DNA of 63,220 bases, the filler included, from Cercozoa sp. M6MM (lineage: Eukaryota > Protista > Endomyxa: Ascetosporea): the NCBI GenBank assembly GCA_040357565.1. It is 11 parts of 11 records of this genome, joined end to end, with 100 filler letters (N's around TTAATTAATTAA, not from the genome) between each part and the next. Parts side by side here need not be neighbours in the genome. Positions count along the whole stretch, not along the records: positions 35,429 to 41,359 come from JBDODJ010000824.1; positions 41,460 to 47,511 come from JBDODJ010000798.1; positions 47,612 to 52,306 come from JBDODJ010001076.1; 8 more parts are not named here. One strand, 5' to 3'. The translations under genes and the position numbers were made by a program. Below the pieces are notes generated by a model. That model had not been told where the DNA came from. It did no database searches and worked only from the letters and a program-made list of their open reading frames with translations. Within the stretch, counting starts at the first letter, position 1, and every line of letters begins with the position of its first letter. Below, piece after piece: positions 37,430 through 51,790 of the stretch.

Positions 37430-40400
37430 TTAGTCGAAGACCTCGATTTCGCAGCCGCCAACGACCACGACTTTTCTTTCTTTCTGTTCGAGCGCCGAAC
37501 GTACTGGCATCACTTCGACCGAACCGTCGCCGACGTCTGGAATAACCGGGTAGAAGAATTTTTGCCTCCTGTGAAGGTAGTAGACTGCAGCTAGCGCCAG
37601 CAGGAGCAATGGGACCAGCGCGAGGAGCTGAGGTTACAGCACAGTAGATTCATGAAAACCCGTATCATCTTTCAGTTTTGTAGTCAGTTTAAAATTACCA
37701 CGATGCCGTATGCAGGGAACGACTCGCTTTCAGCGACCGCAGCTGCATCAGTGTCTCCAGTTTCCTTTAAATTCGTTTCCTGCAGCGACACAAGACGTAT
37801 ATTCATACCCTGCAAATGAAATGCATCTCAGTTATAATTACTTCTTCCTCTTTCTCACTGACAGAAACTAGTGCCCAGTCTGTCCACCCGGACGAACTAA
37901 CCTCGTTTCGCACTCTGTGAAAAACGGATATAAATTGATCAGGTTTATGTCCTGCACGTGCTCTTGCGGGGACTGTACCGTGCACGCACGTAGTAGTCAA
38001 ACTCAATGTCGAACGTGCCCGACTCGGAATGCGAGGTTGCGTTTTTGACATTCTGGCAACAAAGCAAACAAAATCAGTCGTAAACTTACTGCACACATGT
38101 TTGGAAAGCTGAAAACGAAGGCTACGATGATATTGGCGAGTTCCTCAGTTGAACGAGTGTAAGGGTTGACACGTTTCAAAGTAAGTTGCGTCATTTGTGG
38201 CCACTCTTCATGCCTAAGAAAAATTAACTTTTCTGATCATGTAGATGCATGTAAGTTATTGAAAGGCCAAATTACCGGTAGTTCCACGAAATTTCAATCT
38301 CGGAGGCTAGACCGGAGACACCTGTCATATTGGCCTTCAGACCATAAGGCATCTCGGGTTTGCCCGTGCCTAAATTGACAGTGCTTCAGCATGTTAGAAG
38401 TTGACAGGAGAAGGTACAATAGAAAGGTGTTGTAGTTGTCCAGGTGCTCTCAACGCCAAAACGAAGAGCAGCGATTTCAACTCGCAGCAGTCCTTCGGCC
38501 AAGTTGCTCAACGTGTACTGCAGCGACGCGCCTGGTGACACTTCTGCGGACACCCCGCGTTCCTCATCACTGCGAGTAGAAGAAAGCTGTTTGCACCCAA
38601 ACTGACGTTGTAGTAGTACGAAACCGTTTCAATTTCCGAGTCAAGATACTCGACTTTGATAACATAGCTTTGTGTCAGAAGCATGTGCGTCCATCTGCAA
38701 CAAGTAATTTACAACTGAAACAAGAATGTGTAAAGCTGAAACTGTCTTTACCTAAGATCGATGGTATTAGCAGCACTCACCGAGACCTGGTTAAAAACTG
38801 GTCCCTCTCGTCGTTGATTTGGCACGATGTGCACATCAGTCGTTGCAGGCTCCGACGTCAGCTCCAAAGCATTCATAGCAACCACCTGACACAACCGCAC
38901 GCTTTCCAGCTGAACTGACAGCATGCAAAAATACGTTTAGTACCGCGACAGTAAGATTGGTGGCAGAAAATTCGACATCTGAAATTTCGTAAGTGTCTTC
39001 AACTTGAATGTGCACAGTCGTTTCTGCTCCCCTCGTGATTGCGACAATGTAGTGCTTGATCGGACGCTCGCCGGTCCCTAGGTTGCGTGTCAATGTTTAT
39101 CTTTCAGTTTGACTAAAGAGAAGTAAAGAGAAGTACCAGTATCAGCAGGAGCCTTCCAAACAACAAGCACGTTCGAGTGTGTTTCGTTTCCGACGTTTGT
39201 CGAGAGGTATGCCAGGTCTTGCACTCCCGTTGGGTTGCAGCCGAGCTTGATCTAGAGACGACTGCGACATAAAAGTTAACAACACACAATGGCAACAGTA
39301 TACCAGCTTAGTGTTCGTGCTGTTTCGTCTGCCGTATCCGTTCGAGGCAACTAGTGCCACTTCGTATCTGCGTAAAATTGACAGTACAGCATGAGCAGCG
39401 TGATTATGAGACATGAGTACTCATAGCCGAGCTCAAGATGCTGTGTCTCCGATGGGTACACGGTAGCAATTCCGACTTGCCTATCTCAGTTAGAGTATTT
39501 ATAATCTTGCTCATCCGGGTGTCGAAAAGTTCAGCACAATACACCTCTTAAGATCGACAGTTTGAGATCGCATCCATGCATCCGACCCGACTCGTCTGGA
39601 GAACAGTTCCATGACTTCCGTAGCTGCGAATGCGAACAGCACCACGTCAACGTCCCAGCTTACGTTGAACTTGTAAGCACCTATAGCAGAGTCTTGTAAA
39701 TTAATAGACGAATAAATACTACTGGTATAGGTACCCTGTGCGTCTGGCTCGAACAAGCTCATGTTGAACTCGAAAGGTTGCGGACGTGCGTAGACATTTT
39801 CATAGAGGTAGATCGTGCTACTTCTTTGGCCTTTCGAATCTCTGAAAAACGTCCCAAACCGCAGAATGGTATTAAACGGGAGATCGCGAAAGGTCTCCAC
39901 GTGCAAGAACGCGTCTCCTCGCTGCTTACTCCGCATCGCTTCCAACGCGTCAATCTTCACCCAAGAAACACATTTTGTTTTCAGTCAGTTCTCAACCTAG
40001 GACGAAAAATAAAGGTGTCAATGATCAATGTACTTACTTCAATCGTGCGGTATGAAGACGGCATTTGGTGTTTCGACAAGTCACGGAAGTACACGCATGA
40101 AATCTGCCAACACCAAACGTGCGTTGTTTTTTGGCATTCGAGACAGTTTAGATTAGTTACCTCGATTGAGAAGCTGTGGCGATGATAGTCATCTCGTGGA
40201 AGTTGATATCGCAGCTGGATTTCACGGTCTCCGGTCGGCACTACCTCGAAACTTGGTGCTGCACAAGCACCAATTAGTGAATTTAGTTCTACAGTAAAAG
40301 CTGTCATCACTTCTTGGAAAAGTTTAAAGTGTGTCATTTACTGAAAGGCTTCTCGGCAGCGCGGTAGTCAAAAAGGTGCGTCGGGGAACTTTCGTGCGTG

Positions 40401-41299
40401 TTATTGAAGTTGCGTGCTGTCAGTTCCCATTCAGCCCGACACTGCTGCAACTGAAGGAAGTTTCAGTTTGTACCAATGATAATGTCGAAGCTCTCCGATG
40501 TTTGCACGTAATCTAAAAAGAATGTTACAAAAAAAAACCCCGAGTAGTACCGGAGCCATTTTTGTACCATATTTCGCAGAGCCAAGCGTGAATTTGCACA
40601 GATCGTTGAACAGCACGAAATGACAGTCGAAAGTTTGATCAGTCGGTCGACCGTGCGCCTCGTTTAGTTCCTGCGCTCCTTTGAGTTCATTAAACGTACT
40701 AAAGTCGCCGAGAAGTGTACACTTGCTACCGTAACTCTCGCGAATAGCCAGTTGTAATAACTCGGAGCGTACTTGGGTGAGCGACACATGATGTCAAAGT
40801 TTTCTGCATCGCATTGTTGAAACGAATAGCGAGCATCCCCTAACATCGTTGCCAGTTACTGTACCAGTGTTTCCATCCGAGCGAGGAACGTTCATGATAG
40901 TATGCGATTCTTCAGTGTAATCTCGCAGCTGGAATACGCAGTTTCAGTATCAATTTAGTAATTTTGAATGGAAAGATATACAATTGGTTGTTCGTTAAAC
41001 ACAGCTAGGGTACCGGATGCTCGCTGTCGTAGGGAATGTTCCAAGACATCACTCGCTGTAGAAAACAACAGCCACAGTAAACAGTTCACAGAGAAAGCAC
41101 TCTAAATACGGTGCATTCGTTGACGTAGCTCATCGTCAAATCCTGCGGAGCAGGTGCAGTTGCTGTTCATAAAGCAACCTACTATGGGAGTGTTAAAAAG
41201 AAAATTAAGATGAAACATACTGACGGTCACACGTGCAGTGATCGTTGACGACACGGTTGACACCACTAGTAAGGTGACTATCGACCGTAGCACCTTCAT
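37430..41299 (-). CDS. Large type I single-pass surface protein with fibronectin type III-like repeats
   Basis: Signal peptide MKVLRSIVTLLVVSTVSS; FN3-like YEVALVASNGYG and YTLSNL...VEIAALRFGVES; TM LLALVPLLLLALAAVYYL followed by HRRQK; short tail ending EIEVFD*. Confidence 0.65.
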
Positions 41300-41482
41300 T
41301 TAAAAGTCACATCGATACACAGCCTCCAGCGGGGTGTGTGTGTCTGTGGGGGGGGGGGGNNNNNNNNNNNNNNNNNNNNNNNNNNNNNNNNNNNNNNNNN
41401 NNNTTAATTAATTAANNNNNNNNNNNNNNNNNNNNNNNNNNNNNNNNNNNNNNNNNNNNACACACACACACACTGTTTTCAG

Positions 41483-41808
41483 GCCACGGTCAAGGCGTGC
41501 GACTTTTTCAACACCCACCAGCGGGGCGCAGAGCGACGTGGATGCCTCGGATGTCGCCGACTCGTCCGACGCCGAGTTCGTGCAGGACCCTGAACTGGCT
41601 GCAACTGGCTGCGACGCAACCCACGCGGCGCAGTGCTCGCATCGCCCGTAAGAACCTGCTCCCGACTCAGACCCTTCCGGATGATGCGGTCCCTCACGAA
41701 AATGTCGAACCGCCGCCAGGATATTCGTTCGACAGCGATTCCGACGTCGAAGGCGGCGACATGTACGACTCTGACGATTTCTTGTTCAACGACGGCGATG
41801 GCGACTGA
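41483..41808 (+). CDS. Terminal exon with acidic tail, unknown gene
   Basis: Acceptor tttcag; GC-rich frame ending ...DSDSDVEGGDMYDSDDFLFNDGDGD*. Confidence 0.5.
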
Positions 41809-42312
41809 TCTTCGGTTGACACGTTCAATCTAGTAGTTTAAACCTAATTTAGTACTTGTGTTCTCTATTAAGCTGATTTAGGTCGGTCGATTCAAATTAT
41901 TAAGCAATTTATTAAAGAAATTCTAGGGTAGTTGTCGTCAATTTTGGAATTTTCCGAGAACGTATATACGTTTATAACACGTTTTACTTGTACTGTGCGC
42001 TGCACTGTATGAGTGTGCTTGTAGTTATGTGTTGTTGTATGAATTACTCTACCGTGCGGTGCTGGAGACTCTCCGCACACGGTGAAGCGGCGTAACCCCC
42101 GACGCAGGTTCGCTCATGGTAGCAGACCATACTACGGCACACCTCCTTCAACCCCTAATTATCTGTGAATGTATACTGATGTCAGGTAAACTTATATTAA
42201 GTTGACCGTTCGTCTCAACCTTTAGTCAGACACGACAGCGCAGGCTGAACCAAGTGATACAACAAACAAAGCTAAAACAGCACAGTAGAGTCGTGTTAGT
42301 TGAAGTTGGCAC

Positions 42313-44073
42313 TCATTCGGGGCTAACGTCGTTGGTGGCCATGACCTTAGCACGTTTGGCCGGCGGTTCAGCGCTTTCAGCTTCGTCGTCATCGGCGTTT
42401 GAGTTGACTTTTTCTTCGCTGCTTTCGCTGCTGGCAGCAACAGAAACCTTTGTTCGAGCTTCTTGCCAGGCCGCTCGAATAGCTTCAGCACGCTGGGCAA
42501 AGTTCGGGTCGTTCTGGAATCTCTCGAGGAAGGGGTCCAGGTGCGGCATCTCCGTCTGCAGAACGAACGTAGAAAACTAGCACTGTTGAGACAGCGAAGT
42601 TTTTACGTTGACGAGGCAGTCTTCGTGCATCCACTTTTCCGCTTGTGTCAGTGGCGAGTGCAAGGTTGCTCCGTTTCGCTTCGGCATAGCAGTCATCGCA
42701 ACTCGCCTGTTGATCAGATAGATACACATCATTTGAAAGCAGCAGTGAGTACACCTACGAAAGTAAAAACACACCAGGCCATGTCGATACGGTCGCCATC
42801 GCCAATCACAGGTTGGTGCAGCATCGCGTGCAGCAACTGCAACATATGAACCACTTGATTCACCGTGATCACTTGTCGCTGGTCAGGCAGCGTGATGTAG
42901 CGCGGAAGCGGCAGTCGGCGAGTCACAACTTCGAACGCACTGTGTTTGAAATCACTCGTGGCACGCGTGTGCGTGCGATTCTTCAGTCGATTGTGGTCCA
43001 ACAAACCGCCAATCACCATGGCCGACTTGCCCGTTCTCCATTCTTTGCAACAAAGAAATGTTAAATGAAATAAATACAAACAATGGAAAGCAAGCAAATG
43101 AAAGCAACAAACATACCACGAATGTCATCAGGGCTGAGGTCTTCAGAAGCTTCAGCAGTGAGGTACACCACCTTCTTGGGCAAGCAGGTGAGTCTCTCGA
43201 GATTCTCGTCATGATACTCAAGGTGCCACGAATCGAAGCCTTGCGACGTTTCGGCGAACTTTCGAGTGCGAGGCGACTTTGACCATGAAGTCACGTGCAC
43301 TCGAACTGGCACGGTCGAGGCTGTTCAATTCACAGATAGAAAACCCAAATCATTCAAGTCAAAAGTGCACTAGGTACCTCGCATGATGTTGTTGCACTCG
43401 CGAAGTTGACGCGCGAGACCATCACATTCTTGCTCGCGCATCTCATCATCAAAAATGCAATCAAGTACAACGTGCGGCACACCCACGGACGAGCTGTCCT
43501 CGTGCAGCTGCGGCAGCACTTGGTCGTTGAAAACTCGGTGCTGGAACTCCTCACCTAATCCAACCAGCAATACACTTTTAGCACTAAAATGATCACAACA
43601 AAACTAAAGAATACCAGACAGCACGCGGTCGGTTGCTGCGCGTCGCTTGTCCTTGCTACAACGTCGAAGGCGCGTGCGAGCTGCACGGAAGCCGTCAAAC
43701 TGTTCCAGTTCTGCACAATTAAAGCAACCGATTTTAAACACAAGAAACGCGAAAAATACAAAAGCGTAGAGCTGCAATACGGAGCTCTGTGACTTTGCCC
43801 GAGTCGAGAAGTTCTTGTCGATATTGCAACGCGGTTTCGATTTCCTCACGCGCACGTTTTGCCCTCGCCTCCTTGGTGGCGCGTCGCTTCGCGCCACGGT
43901 TCAGCACACTATCGCGAATCCGCCTGCAAGGGATCATTGTGGAAAGCGAACTAATTACCAGGCATATGGGCACTGCGATACTCGAGTTTGCGACGCTTCT
44001 TCTTGCTTAGCTCGAGCTCGCCTGTATCGGCCAGTCGGAGCTGCTCCGAGGCCCATTTAAAAGTCCTGGACAT
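42313..44073 (-). CDS. TRM10: tRNA (guanine/adenine-9-N1)-methyltransferase Trm10 family
   Basis: VVLDCIFDDEM..E...LARQL, VVYLTAEASEDL, MVIGGLLDHNRLK, RRLPLPRYI, VITVNQVVHML, W..AM.AMPKR. Confidence 0.9.
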
Positions 44074-44395
44074 TTCGCGCACCGCAGGGAACAATCTAAG
44101 TCTGCTAAAGCGGGTTCGCACGCCTAACATGCTGTGACATCCAAACTCAGAACTCTTTTGACTTGGTTGCATGCCCCCTTATGAAAACCCAAGTCCCTGA
44201 ATGAGCCAAAGCAGCGTGCATAACGATCGAGTGTACACGTGTGCTTGGGTGTATGTAACACGCATTGAGTCGTTTTAAGACGCATAAGCCCTGGCAATAG
44301 TTGGTCAGTTGACACGTGCGCCCGCCCCGAACTCTCAGTGGCCACGGTTAGTTTTTTTCCCGTGTAGGTGCCGTTTGAGATATTGAGTCCCGGAC

Positions 44396-47358
44396 ATGGA
44401 GGTTTCCGCGCGGATGAAGCTTCTGTCCGCAGAACAGCGCGAATTGATTGAGGAGAAACGTGATGAACTGCCGGTTTGACCCACAATTCACCTTGGCTGT
44501 GGGTTGGATTGATGCGTATGATGTGTGCAGACGATTTTGGGATTGCTCCCGTCGCTCCCACGACCTGCGCTTTCTGAAATTCTGGAAAAGGTGTGTTTTT
44601 CTGCAATACTTTCTCTGGAATGTGTTGGCCACATTATCGGGTTGCAATGCATCCAGTACATGCTGATGCCAATGTTGAGCTCGCGTGCCAGTCGCACCAA
44701 TGCGTGTTCGTCGTTGTTGAAAACACCGAATGTACGATTGTTTTGTTTTTGGTGGTGCACTTGCTGATTCGTTTGAATCCTTGGATAGTGGCAAAACTTG
44801 ATGTATTCAATTTTGCGCGTCTCGTCGGATCAAAGGTGCGTTGAATGTTTTTGCGTTGATGTTTCAGTGGAGAGTTTTGAATGCTTCATCAATGTACGTT
44901 GTGTTGTCTAGGCCTTTGTCGGATGAGGACGAAAAGAAACTCGTGGCGCTCACAATGTCGCTTTTTGGAGACGTGCTGTTGTACGCCTTCCTGCAACACT
45001 CGCAGGAGGAGAGTCTCGTCGACATTAACGCCGTGATTCGGCAAAGTGTCGACACGCTTGACGAGTATCCTTTTTTTTCTGGAGACTTTGTGTCTTTTGA
45101 TTTCTTTTGACTTGATTTGGGTAGTTCCTTTGGTTGGTGGCCACAAGTGGCCTCTCTGGCACGAGTGTTGCTGCATTCACTCGTGTCGAAAATGTCTAAA
45201 TACGCGCGTCATTGTACTACATGCTTTGCTTTTCTTACTCCTTTGCATGGCCATACCCGTATACCTTGCCCTGTCAATTGTAGTGCGCGACGAGTTGCCG
45301 CCGAGAGGCTTTAAGGCCTTGTTTGCACTCGGCGTTGCGATCGAGGAGTTCGTGCTGTTCCGACCGACGGCTGTGCCTGCTCAACCGCGTCTGCGCAAAG
45401 GCCTCCTCGGCATCAACTTTGCGTACATTTGCACATGTCTTCAAATCTGTGCTTGTACAAATTGATGCGATTTAAAATGTGTGTGTGTGCAGTGAAGGCA
45501 AGTGTCTCGACCTGCCGCTTGTGCTGCGCTTCGTTGAGCTGCTCCAGCAAATCCAGATCAACGAACTCGACAAGTTCCATGAAGAACGTCAACTCATGGC
45601 TGGTGGTGCGTGTGTTTATTTGACTTGCATTGTATTGACTGTACGTTTACATCTTCCTAAGAAGACGACAAGAACCGTCGTGCCAAACCATTGAGAGTAC
45701 GTGGCGAGATCGAACTCGCCTTCTTTGAGAACTGTACCTACCCTCTATACCCATGGCATCCTGTGAGCCATGCTTATATGTGTGCAACAGTGGCCGCCTG
45801 GCTGACGTCGTTGCAGCAAAATCGTCGCTCGCAAAGTCGTATCGCTTGGCTTGCACGGTACCTCTTGTGTCGTAGCGACAGAATAGAGTAAAAATCTTCA
45901 TTATTCGGTAGAGAACTGCCGAAACGCCCAGTGTCTTTGGCAACCACGAATTCCAAGGACACTGAGAGAGCACTCGTTGGCATCTACGAGGTACCCCTTT
46001 TGTACCTACATTAGTGTAGCTTTATACGTGTATTCATGCAGTCAATCGAGTGCTGGTTTAAACATCTGTCGGCAATCTCCTCTGCTGCTGCTGTACGTCG
46101 TCATTGGAAACATTCAATTGTAACACACTGCGCTGTGAGCACAGGTGGCAACCGACATCATGAACGACAAGCGTGCCGATGTTGAAACTGTCGAGGATGA
46201 CACCGATGGCTCCGTCGAGGCCGGGTCCAGCAGTGCGTCGATGCGACCGCAACCGCCGCGCAAGAACTCCATGTCCATCTCCTTCACCTTGGAAGGCAAA
46301 AAGTACCCTTCTTGGTCTTTGCTATCTTCCTTTGCCTTTTCATTATTCACTGTCTCTTTTGCGCAGAAAGACGACACCGAAGCTGTCGACTCGCACGCCG
46401 AAACTGTCGCCGCTGCCGCAGGTTCCACCGACTCCGAAACTGACATCGAAACCAAAGCCGGTGCTGGCACCCCAAGAGACTGGTACAACTGTGACACTAC
46501 AGGGTGTACCTGTATGTAGTTGACGGTGTCCTTTGTTCAACAGGAGTCTGGCGCACCGCCAAGGACCCCGCCAGTGGCCTATTGTACTACTGGCGCACCG
46601 ACACGCGAGAAGTCTCCTGGCGTCGACCCGTGCGTTCTTATGTTTTGCCTTTCGTTTTGTGCTGTGTGCACTTTTGTTGTCTTGTTGCAGCCGTCGCTTA
46701 TGTCGGCTAGAGCTTTGTGCGAACGCGGCAGTGTCGCCAGCAAGAGGGCCAAAGATTTTTAACTGAACCTGAACGCAAGTCGACCGGCGCGAGTCGGGTG
46801 CTGTGGGCCGCTGATCCATTCTTGTCCGACGAGCTGGTGTTGTACGCGACAAGCTGGTGTTGTCCGCGACAAGCGGCAGATGTTCCTACTCACGTCACTC
46901 TTTTGCGACTGCACGTTCGGTTGCGCTTTCAACAAAGACCAGGATACAGTCGTTCCAGATCTACTCGACTGTACCTCCCGTACCAACGAACAGAGACGGC
47001 AGCTTACATCGAATTCGCTGAGTGTTTCCTTTTGTCCGAGCGTGAGCGGCTGTCAGTTTTAGCGGAGTGCGAGTGTGCGACGGTGTGTCAGACTCGACTG
47101 TTGTATATTGACTGGACAGTACGATGCGGATTCTTCGTGTTCTTCATATTCACTGCTCCTCCACGCAGCGCAGAAAGCGGCAGTTTGTCTCGAAAGCTGG
47201 GCGAGGCGTTTGTTCATAGTATATTTTCTTGTTTCTTGGTGTTGTTACTTGTTATTTTACCTGTATCGCAGTCAGCAGGGTTTTTGTGCAGAGTTTCGAT
47301 AATTGCGTTGCCGCACGCGCAGAATACAGCGCCTCCAGTGCCTCTTCAGGCGTTTTGA
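44396..47358 (+). CDS. Multi-exon hypothetical protein with a WW domain (boundaries uncertain)
   Basis: WW at about 46543-46630: VWRTAKDPASGLLYYWRTDTREVSWRRP. Upstream exons look helical. Confidence 0.55.
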
Positions 47359-47637
47359 TCGCTTCTGGCTTGCCACTCATGAAGAATCAAGATCTTTTAA
47401 CGCACACCAGTCCGATCGCGCTTATTTTAACGCCCCGCAACTCATAGTAACTTAGGCACAACGCCTCTACAAATAAAACCTGCTATCTTAGTTGTGCTGA
47501 CCAAACAAAATNNNNNNNNNNNNNNNNNNNNNNNNNNNNNNNNNNNNNNNNNNNNTTAATTAATTAANNNNNNNNNNNNNNNNNNNNNNNNNNNNNNNNN
47601 NNNNNNNNNNNTGTGTGTGCCGGCATCGACATTTCAC

Positions 47638-47698
<61 letters not shown>

Positions 47699-47709
47699 CC
47701 GTTATATTT

Positions 47710-47975
47710 ACCGGACAGGTCGATGGACTTTTCATATAACGCTTCTGCCAAGAAGCGGCTCTTCTGCGTTTCCTCTAGGCCTACGAAGGTACCCATCATG
47801 AGCAATTTGCCAGCCCGTTCGAAATGTTCTTGACGGCAAAAGCCACCGATTCGACCTTGCAGCCATGAGAGCCACCTGTCCCACACAACAATAAGGTCGC
47901 AGTGCACAAACACCATGACAAAACCGGAGTGCACCCCATCTCAACAACTCCATTGTCGCTCCTGTTGCCCTTCAT
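47710..47975 (-). CDS. 5' fragment of hypothetical protein (3' truncated)
   Basis: MKGNRSDNGVVEMG|WLSWLQGRIGGFCRQEHF...EKSIDLS, then a (GT)n intron running to the contig end. Confidence 0.35.
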
Positions 47976-48072
47976 TTATCACATGCAGTTTGAAATAGTG
48001 CACCAAGCGTTAAAGTACTATAGCACTTTTTAATTTCTTTTTTCATGATGTCCGTCAATAAAATGCTGAATA

Positions 48073-51000
48073 TCATTGTTCGCCGACGCGATTGTCGCTC
48101 GTACCACCAGCGGCCAGCGCAGTGGAGTCGTGTTCTGGGTTGCTGCCACCGTTGCTGAGACTCTGCGTGCGGCTCGTTGACTCGGACTTGAGCAAGTCGA
48201 TCTGCTCGTCGATGTTATCCGCATCCTGCAGTCCTGCGTGCACAGCACGCAATGTCCTGTGCGCTACAAGCAACATCACATAGCATGGTTAAACTCTTAA
48301 TGCTGAGACAAACGATACCACGTGACAGCGTGACCGACCACGTGCGGTACCTTGTCACTATATGCTCGAGAGTCGGGTTTGGCAGCATGTCATTTGGCAC
48401 GTCGCGATTGCACTGTGTGCAGTGGAGCATTTCGACGCCGCGATTCTCGTACTTGCTTGCATACTCTGTCGCTGCTCTCTCAACGCACTCGGCGCAGTAG
48501 CTGTGCCCACTGTACACAAACCTGTGAGAAACACGGTGTTGGTTTTGAAAGTACTGTCAAGAAACCACTCAAGAACGACAGGTTGTCGCAGAAGATTACA
48601 GCAGTAATGACACCTATATTTACATACATATGCGCTCATAGATTGTGTGGTTTTGGTGCGACACTAGACGCTGCACTTACGCAAGCACTGGCAGCAAAAT
48701 GTCTCCGATTTGATAGATGAGTTCAAATGCCATCGCGCACTGCCGAAAGCCGGACGTCAGATTTCGAGCTTCGCGTTTGTGAATCGAGGACTCACGTTCC
48801 AAGCGTAGTTCTTCTCGTGCTCTATCTCTATCACGCACGACGTGCTCTAGCTCGCGGACGCTGCGCTGCGTGTCGCTCAGTTTAGCTCTCATGAGCTCTA
48901 TCTGCGATTCCACTGCCCCGAGGTCTTCTTGTGCTTCGCCGAGTTTCTGCTTCATTTCAGCCGCCTTTTGATCGTGAATAGCTGCTTCTTTTTCGTATCG
49001 TTCAGCGAGAGATGCAGTATCACGCAGCTGTTCGACTTCCTCACGGAGCGCAGGTGGCAAATGAGACAGACTTCCACTGGAAATTGAGGTGCTTGTGGCA
49101 GTTCCAAGTCTGCTTCTAGATCGCATCATGGTACTCGCCGATGAGCTTCGAAGAAGCGACTGCGAGGAAGAAGACACCCTACGGTACTCCATGGCTTTTC
49201 TCAATACCACGGATGACCGCTGTGTTGTTCGCGCTACATTTAGAAGTTTACAACCGCTCGCATATATTTACACACTGCGGGGTGTAATTGTAGCGTACTT
49301 GCAGAACTGCTCGAAGTTGGAGGCTGTAGTCCCGATAGAGACTCCTCTAATATTTGTGTGACCTGTTCCGTCGACGGTTTCGCGGGAGTCTCAGCAGACT
49401 CCGCCACAGACTCAGTGGTTTCCAATTCCTCTTGCTCCGTCACTTCTTGTGGTGGTTTCGAAACAGTGCTTTCAGATTCTGTCTTGCGCAGCTCCGACAC
49501 TGTCGGAGCCAGGCTGCCGCTTCGAGTGGATTCCGAGGTTTCCTTCCTGGCTTCCGTTTCCTTTTCATCGGCAACAGTCAGCGCATGAAGCTGCGACTGG
49601 CTTTCGTCTAGAGAAAGGCGGCGTTCCACTGGCGGCTCTCTCGCGTGCGTGCTGATATCTGAGACTTCGGTGGAGCTGCCCTCCTCTATTCTCGAAATCA
49701 CGTGGATATCGTCGGCAGTCTTGATCTTTCGTAGCGGGCGACGTTTCGACGCTTCGCGCGCCGCTGACTTTGTTTTGGCGTGCTGTTTTCCTTCTTCGAC
49801 TTTTTCAGTTTTGCCCCGACTTCGAGGTCGAGTGACTGATGTGTCTGATCTCCGACGCCGTTGGTGTTTGCGACGCCGTCGAGGACGTGGCCCGGTCGGG
49901 AACGTTTTCCTCTTGCTTGGTTTCGAGCCTCGTTTTTTTGCAGATTTTGGAGAACGGCGGGATGATGGAGTTTTACTTGCACTCGCACTCGGACTCGAGC
50001 TTAAGGTTGCCTCTTCTATTTGCTGTTCTAGCTTGCGTACAAGAGTGTATTTTTTGGCGATCTCGAGTTCCGCAGCCGTTTGCTTGGTTTCCGCTTCCTC
50101 AACCTTTTGTATAAGGTCGTCTCGCTCAAAGCGTAAGTCCACCAGTTCAGCAATGCAAGAACGTGCCTCCATTGCTTCCTTCTCTGCCGAAGACGCTGCT
50201 CCTCCCAGCTGTATCAGTCTCTTTTCGTAGAACTTGTGTAGTTTCGCCGCTCTTTCCTGCTCCTTTCGAAGCCTATCTTCAAGTGATTTCTTGAGCTTGT
50301 CTTCTCGTTTCATTGCATGACTTAAATTCTATTCAGAGTACGGGAGTAAGCAATAACGGGATGAGCACATTGGAGAAATCGGCATGGGAGGTAGAGCGAC
50401 AGATACATGACTCAGAATGTGGTTTTGCTTGTCTGCGTTGTACAGGTTTTACTTTGAAAAAAGTGCACGCCCTCCTATCGCACGGGTAAGTGTACCTAGT
50501 TTCTTCAAACGCGCAATCTCTTTTCGCATGCGCCGATACTGGTTTTGGTAGTTGTCGAGCTCCTCTTCTGCGCGCTTTGCGGACTGCAGCAGTTCTTCTT
50601 TAAACCGCTTGGAGTCCGTGCGCTTGCCCAAGTGCAAATCCTTCAACGACTGGTACAGTCGCTTGATTTTGTCCACCTGCACCACGCAACGGTACGCGTT
50701 CCAAGAAGATAACTTCATAAAACGAGAGAAATACCAACTCAGCGATTTCACCGTCTTCTTGTTCGGCAAACTTTTCTAACTCCCTAGCTCAGACGCAAGG
50801 ACAAAATCATCAGGAACTGAAAAACATGAAGGGGCGCGAACGAATGTAAATCTTAGTTTACCTTATCTGGCCTGCGTCCATCCCGACGTCCGCAATGCTA
50901 TTGGTCACCTCAGATCAGACAGATCGACTTCTATAATAGCAACAGGTACTGTACATTGCGGATTCGATCTCGCGGCTCTCGACATCGAGGACTCGGTTCA

Positions 51001-51421
51001 AGTTTTTCCCGAGACCCCTTCGTTTGTGCAGCTCTTTGAAACGCATCTTTGCACGAACCACACTTGCCATTCCTTTAAAGTGTATTTTGGAGGAGCTGGC
51101 GGGGCTCATCGGTGCTACCTCGGCCACCGACCTGGCAGAATCGGGAACTCGTGCAGGCAGTTCTTGTTTCCGCCGGCTGAGTTTGTGCAGACGCGCGCGC
51201 AGGAAAGAAAACTTAGCTCTCGCTACAGCAGGCGCTGAGTTCCTGGAATCGACATTGTGCGGTCTAAATCCTGGTCCGCTGACGGCAATTGAACCAACAG
51301 GCTGCGCTTGTGCTTCGACATTGCCAAACTTTGGCTGCAAAACGTTGAGTTGACTTGGGTGCAAAAACTCGCGATGGGCAGATTCTGTCGGTAGAGCTGC
51401 TGACCGTGGCGAACGAAGCAT
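48073..51421 (-). CDS. Coiled-coil protein with C-terminal C3HC4 RING (putative E3 ligase)
   Basis: Long E/K/R heptad exons; RING CHYCCNLLRQPVVLECGHSYCAEC...CTQC...PNPTLEHIV. The start may lie slightly upstream. Confidence 0.75.
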
Positions 51422-51790
51422 CACATGCGTAAATATGAAGTTTTTCGTTGCCTGGGGGCGACTTTGGTGGCTCTTGCGTAATAGGTAAATTTACAGCATT
51501 CGAGCGGACCAAAAGTCAACCTGACTCAAGATCACTGCGAACTGACTTGACCCGGGTCAGCTGCTGTCATACTCGACCCGACGGACATCATGTGGTTGTT
51601 CGTTTCTTAATTTACACCTACGACAAACCAAGCTACACTGACAATAGCTGTCGATGTGTAGAGTACGGTGTAATTTTACAGTATAAGTGCAGTAATCAGT
51701 ATTCACGTCCCGTCAGCCTCTGGCATTGCATTTATCGCACTTTGGTGGTATCTGGGGATAAATTTAGTTGTAGCATTTGAAGCTCCCAAG

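Noticed and set aside
42100-42120. tRNA suggested by a GGTTCG motif
   Set aside because: No cloverleaf or A-box could be built.
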